Source of the DNA: Selaginella moellendorffii
Lineage: Eukaryota; Plantae; Lycopodiophyta
NCBI RefSeq assembly: GCF_000143415.4
Contig: NW_003314261.1
Location: 434,001 to 498,000, forward strand
DNA: 64,000 bases
Direction: 5' to 3'
Part shown: in pieces, positions 59,801 through 64,000 of the stretch
Layout of the letters: every line of letters begins with the position of its first letter
Numbering within the stretch: position 1 is the first letter of the stretch
The notes under the pieces: generated by a model
What the model saw: only the letters and a program-made list of their open reading frames with translations
What the model was told of the DNA's origin: nothing
The model's database searches: none
Program-made: the position numbers and the translations under genes

Positions 59801-61773
59801 GACAAGGTCGAACAGACCGAAGTGGAATCAGTCCCTCAGGCAGTTCCCAAGTACAAACCAAAGCCCCCACCGGTGTTCAAGGGAGTGAACGACTATAAGG
59901 TTGTGGAGGATTGGTTTTACGATATGGAGGACTACTTCCGAGCGCTACGGTTACCGAGCTCGGAGAAGGTCCCATGTGCAAAACCATACTTGGCAGATAA
60001 TGCCAAGTCTTGGTGGAGAACAACGGAGGCCAACGAAGGACCGGTGGCCACCTGGGACATGATGAAGGCGAGGATCCACGCGACATACGTTCCTCCGAAT
60101 GCCACTCTGCATCTGAGAGATGAGCTGAGTAGGCTGAAGCAGACTGGAACCATCCAGGAATATGTGAATGGGTTCATGGCAAAGAGGATACTTGTCATGG
60201 ACATGGGGGATATGGATGCGTTCCATGCCTTTATATCAGGTTTGCAAACCTGGGCTCGCGGTGAGGTGATGCGCTGGAACCCGACCAACTACAAGGAAGC
60301 GTTGGATGCGGCCATCAAGGTGCATTTCAACGATAACCTGCGAAAGGGGAACACGACGGGGTCGGGATCCACGTTTCACAAAGGGGCCAAACCGAGGGGA
60401 ACATATAGCAGGGGGAAATTCAAGAAGAGTTTCTCTAAGAATGAGTCCTCGGGACTCCGGAAAGGCAAATCCGGTGGCCAGCGAGCAAGTACGTGGGGGA
60501 GTCAAGCGAAAAGAGACAAACCCACGGATAAGAAGGTCAAGTCATATAGCAGCGTGGGAAACAACGTATGCTACAACTGCGGTGAAGCGGGACACTTTTC
60601 GAGGGAATGTCCCTACCCGAAGAAGGCCAGAGCCAATATGGCCATCAAGTCGGGTGAAGTCCAAAATGAGGTATGTGATCCAGTCCCTAACTCAAAGTTA
60701 CTCATTACACGAGCAACTTTGGTAGAGAGTCATTCGCGACATCTACTAGCCCTCCGAGGGAAGCTCGGAGGTAGCTTTGTTAAGATCCTTATTGACACGG
60801 GTGCTTCGGATAATTTTGTGGCTGCAGACATAGTCCGGCAAGCCGGACTAACGGTGCAGCGGCTAGGCGAACCAAGGACTATAGAGTTTGTTCAAGGTAG
60901 CCAAAGCACCGATGAGGTACTTCGACAAGCGAAAGTCGAAGTAGTGACATGGAAGGTAGACATGGATTTCACCGTGTTGGACATGGCGGGATTTGACGTG
61001 ATCTTCGGAATGGATTGGTTCAATCGGTTCGTGGTAGCCCTACATGGACAAGGTAGGAACCTTGTGGTACTGGCGAATGCCCAAGGAAGAAGATCTAGGG
61101 TGGAAGCCCAAGATCTAAAGGTAGGGCAAAGCAAGGCCAAAAAATCCTGCTTAAACCTGGTGTCCACGAGAGGACAACTCACTAAAGGAACTAAGGCAGC
61201 CTTTTTGTGCTTACTCTCGGTGAAGAGTGACAAAAAGACAAGAACGGAAGAAGTGCCTTTAGTGATCCAGTGAGTGTTGGACCAATTCCAGGATACCATG
61301 CCGGAGGAGCTACTGGCGGGGTTACCCCCAGCACAACCGATAGAACATAAGATTGAGCTGGTCGAGGGTGCTAAGGCAGTGGTTCGTTCCCCTTATCGTT
61401 TGAACGAAAAAGAACTCAAGGAGCTCAAGTGCCAACTAGAGGAGTTGGTGGACAAAGGGTATGTTAGGTTGAGCAAGTGGCATATGTTGGGACCCGAAGG
61501 CGCGCCAAAGGTAAGCTAATTAGCATGGGTTGGATAGGTCGACCAGGCGTAGGGCACTACGCCCGACTCCCCGCGGGGATGTCGAATCCGTAGACGTATT
61601 CTACGGAGGTTGGGTTCGAGTCCCAACCCCCTAGTAAAGCAAGGCTGGGTTCAAGTCCCGACCCCATACTAGGGCGTGGTGAGGTGAGGAGTATAGGGAC
61701 ACCTATATTCCGTTGTCATGGGCTCTTGGCCGGGGAGGCTAACTTAGGCACACCGCTAAGTGGGGGGATGCAG
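56892..61773. mobile_element. Rearranged Ty3/gypsy (chromovirus-like) insert: inverted RT fragment, shuffled pol fragments, duplicated gag-PR-3'UTR unit, no LTRs
   Basis: [11 protein letters not shown]...[10 protein letters not shown] on the minus strand (56892-57289). RNase H ETDASDFALGAVL, integrase FSTAYHPQTDGQT and RT-end FLGHVV...FLGLCNYYRK on the plus strand. 58099-59412 is nearly identical to 60460-61773. PBS TGGTATCGGAGCC at 59415. Confidence 0.88.
59471..61273 (+). CDS. Ty3/gypsy Gag-protease ORF (premature stop; RT/RH/IN deleted downstream)
   Basis: 600 aa; retrotrans_gag region (AKSWW...LKQTGTIQEY), CCHC knuckle CYNCGEAGHFSREC, aspartic protease LIDTGAS. The TGA at 61271 is CGA in the duplicate copy. 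Confidence 0.88.
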   Translation: MARAGRKRTQAETEPPPELEPPVEQEAMDEESLHEEDSSEETSKQESGGEVRSSKARLDVLEGQLAQTNALLETLVRKLKRDEKRKKKRKTADEGSAEGADPSAGTEAKPDKVEQTEVESVPQAVPKYKPKPPPVFKGVNDYKVVEDWFYDMEDYFRALRLPSSEKVPCAKPYLADNAKSWWRTTEANEGPVATWDMMKARIHATYVPPNATLHLRDELSRLKQTGTIQEYVNGFMAKRILVMDMGDMDAFHAFISGLQTWARGEVMRWNPTNYKEALDAAIKVHFNDNLRKGNTTGSGSTFHKGAKPRGTYSRGKFKKSFSKNESSGLRKGKSGGQRASTWGSQAKRDKPTDKKVKSYSSVGNNVCYNCGEAGHFSRECPYPKKARANMAIKSGEVQNEVCDPVPNSKLLITRATLVESHSRHLLALRGKLGGSFVKILIDTGASDNFVAADIVRQAGLTVQRLGEPRTIEFVQGSQSTDEVLRQAKVEVVTWKVDMDFTVLDMAGFDVIFGMDWFNRFVVALHGQGRNLVVLANAQGRRSRVEAQDLKVGQSKAKKSCLNLVSTRGQLTKGTKAAFLCLLSVKSDKKTRTEEVPLVIQ

Positions 61774-62183
61774 TCACCTCTTGCTCCCTCAAGTGGAAAA
61801 ACACAAAATTCTTTGTAAGTGAGCTAATTTTAATATGCTAAATCAATCATACTTTCTCTTTGTAACCTTCTATGCCATTCTACTTGCTTGGAGCCATATT
61901 GGGAGCAATTTTTGTAAAAAGAAAAAAATTAAGTGAAATTATATCTAATAAAAAATAAATAGCTCCATCAAATCCTAACCTTAATCTACCACTTCCATAG
62001 CTTTACCCAAACTCTAACCACGAGTATATGGTCAAAGGAGGTCTTATATAATATTTTAAAGGAATATTATAGAATCTTTTTGTATTTCAAATTCTTGGGA
62101 TGAAGGCAATTGGCTAGGATCTCATTAATGTTGCATAAGGGTTATAAGAATGAATAAATTAGCTTAGAGAGACAAATATATAG

Positions 62184-62490
62184 CCCAAAATGCAAGTCAC
62201 TTGCACTTGCTTTTATCATATATGTTGAATGGCCACTGTCAATACCTCATTATTCATAACACCTATCTCCTAGATTATGGGATGAAAAAACATTTAAGCT
62301 AATTTGTAAAGATATTTATCAAGAGTGAATCAAATAAAAAATAAGGATTACACCTATTGCATTAACATAGCTTCTTTACTATGATCTAAGCCAAACCTCC
62401 CTCACTTTGCTTAGCAATAGCTTCCTTGCTCTATTATGCCCAATATTTCCCAGCTTTGATCGATTTACAAAGCTACAATCCTTGCCTATG
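62184..62490. repeat. ~300-bp direct repeat, second copy at 63692-64000
   Basis: The two blocks align with scattered substitutions; the second copy runs to the window end. Confidence 0.8.
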
Positions 62491-63256
62491 AATGATATTT
62501 CAAAGTAGAAAACCCTACAAACAATATTAAATATCAATATATTTTATATATTTTTCAAGATCCAAATCACATCCTCATAAAGTAAAGTTGGCTAATATAA
62601 GCACAATAGGGTGTAACGAATAAACACTTCAAGATGTCAAAGGTTAAGGATCGTAAAATCATAATTGAAACAATTGTACCAAGAGAAGTTAAAAACTTGA
62701 AAGCTTAATGTATTTGATTGCATATGTTTACTAAGATAATTTTAAGAACATTTTTAAACACTGTTAAACCCTTCAGAAAGGGGGTGACCCGTTACCCTCC
62801 TTTTTATAATTAACTCTCCTATCGATTTTCTCTAAATCTTTACTATCTTTTAATATAGATTCTCCTATAGGGAATGTAGTCAAACTTTAAGTTTAATCTA
62901 TTCTGGGGAAGAAGGGGGCAAAAGAGTTTAGGAATCTATGAACAAATAGCGAACACCCTATTTCTCATGTAGTGAGAAGTTAAAGTTAAGTAAAACTAAG
63001 TAAGAGTTGGTACAATAAGAATGGATCTTAACAAAAAACCTAATTACAACTAAAGCAAAAGATGATCGAATAAACAAAATAAGTTGGTGTAAGCTATAAA
63101 TTTTAATTTCCAATTTGTTAGTTTACCCTACCTATCCAACCACATTTGCCTTTCTAATTAAGTTCCCTTATTAATATTCATGTGAGATGTTAACCAACTC
63201 GTCACAGATTCCTCAAACTCTCTCCCAATCCCCCTTCCTAAGTTAGATTAAATTTA

Positions 63257-63365
63257 AGGTTCAATTACACTCCCTAGAAACATAAGCAATTAAACACTCT
63301 AAACCTCTAGAAAGGTTCAATTACATTCCCTAGAAACATAAGCAATTAAACACTCTAAACCTCCA
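63257..63365. repeat. Tandem duplication, ~56-bp unit x2
   Basis: aaggttcaattacactccctagaaacataagcaattaaacactctaaacctc is repeated. Confidence 0.85.
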
Positions 63366-63475
63366 AATTCTTACCATCTTATGGTACAATAAAATTTATT
63401 TATGGGACCCTTTAAATCCCAAGCTTTAAATGCATCTCTTAGTTTAGAAACCCAAGGGAAATATCGTGGTTATCA

Positions 63476-63629
63476 GCGACTAAATTTTCTATTCTACTTT
63501 AGTCACTTAACTACACCTCTGACCACTTGGAGAAGTTTCACTCACAACCTTTATAAGTCCTATTTTGGACTTAGGGAATTGCTAGCCTCAAGAATGGCAT
63601 CCATGCTACTCAACCATTGCACTCAATTT
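63476..63629 (-). mobile_element. Fragment of LARD-family LTR 3' end (reverse)
   Basis: Reverse complement of ~50505-50657. Confidence 0.75.
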
Positions 63630-64000
63630 GGAAGCACCATTGAAGAGTTCCTTCAAGATTTATTATCTCTCTACTATACTTTTCTTATAACCCCAGAATG
63701 CAAGCCACTTGCACTTGCTTTTATCATATATGTTGAATAGCCATTGTTAATACCTCATTATTCATAACACTTACCTCCTAGACTATGGGATGAAAAAACA
63801 TTTAAGCTAATTTGTAAAGATATTTATCAAGAGTGAATCAAATAAAAAATAAGGATTACACCTATTACATTAACATAGCTTCTTTATTATGATCTAAGCT
63901 AAGCTTCCTTCACTTTGCTTAGCAATAGCTTCCTTGCTTTATTATGCCCAATATTTCCCAACTTTGTTCGATTTACAAAGCTACAATCCTTGCCCATGAT

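Overview
Eukaryotic plant nuclear DNA. The very compact gene spacing, ~50-60 bp introns and protein families are most consistent with a Selaginella-like lycophyte, which is an inference. The window has three parts. (1) 1-5.1 kb: nested LTR-retroelement debris, including a tandem Cassandra-type TRIM array with 5S-rRNA-derived LTRs. (2) 5.8-31 kb: a dense gene island. It holds an intronless STAND/archaeal-type ATPase, a DUF674 pseudogene, tRNA-Ala, an STN7/STT7-family kinase, RIN4, tRNA-Gln, a BTB/POZ protein, plastid RimM, a coiled-coil protein, an ankyrin-RCC1 (IBTK-like) protein, a GH3 beta-glucosidase and an ADP-glucose phosphorylase/GalT-like gene. (3) 31-64 kb: a four-level retrotransposon nest followed by a scrambled, partly duplicated Ty3/gypsy insert. 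The nest is a non-coding LARD containing a degenerate Ty3/gypsy, which contains a second LARD, which contains solo LTRs. The most notable signals are a covarying multi-hairpin RNA with two tRNA T-loop/B-box motifs shared by the LARDs and a gag-pol element, a microhomology-scrambled gypsy insert, an 89-bp flank duplication around the Cassandra array, and a lone STAND-like ATPase with a natural Walker-B E->Q. All family assignments come from motif recognition by eye, not database searches. Exon boundaries and some ends are approximate.
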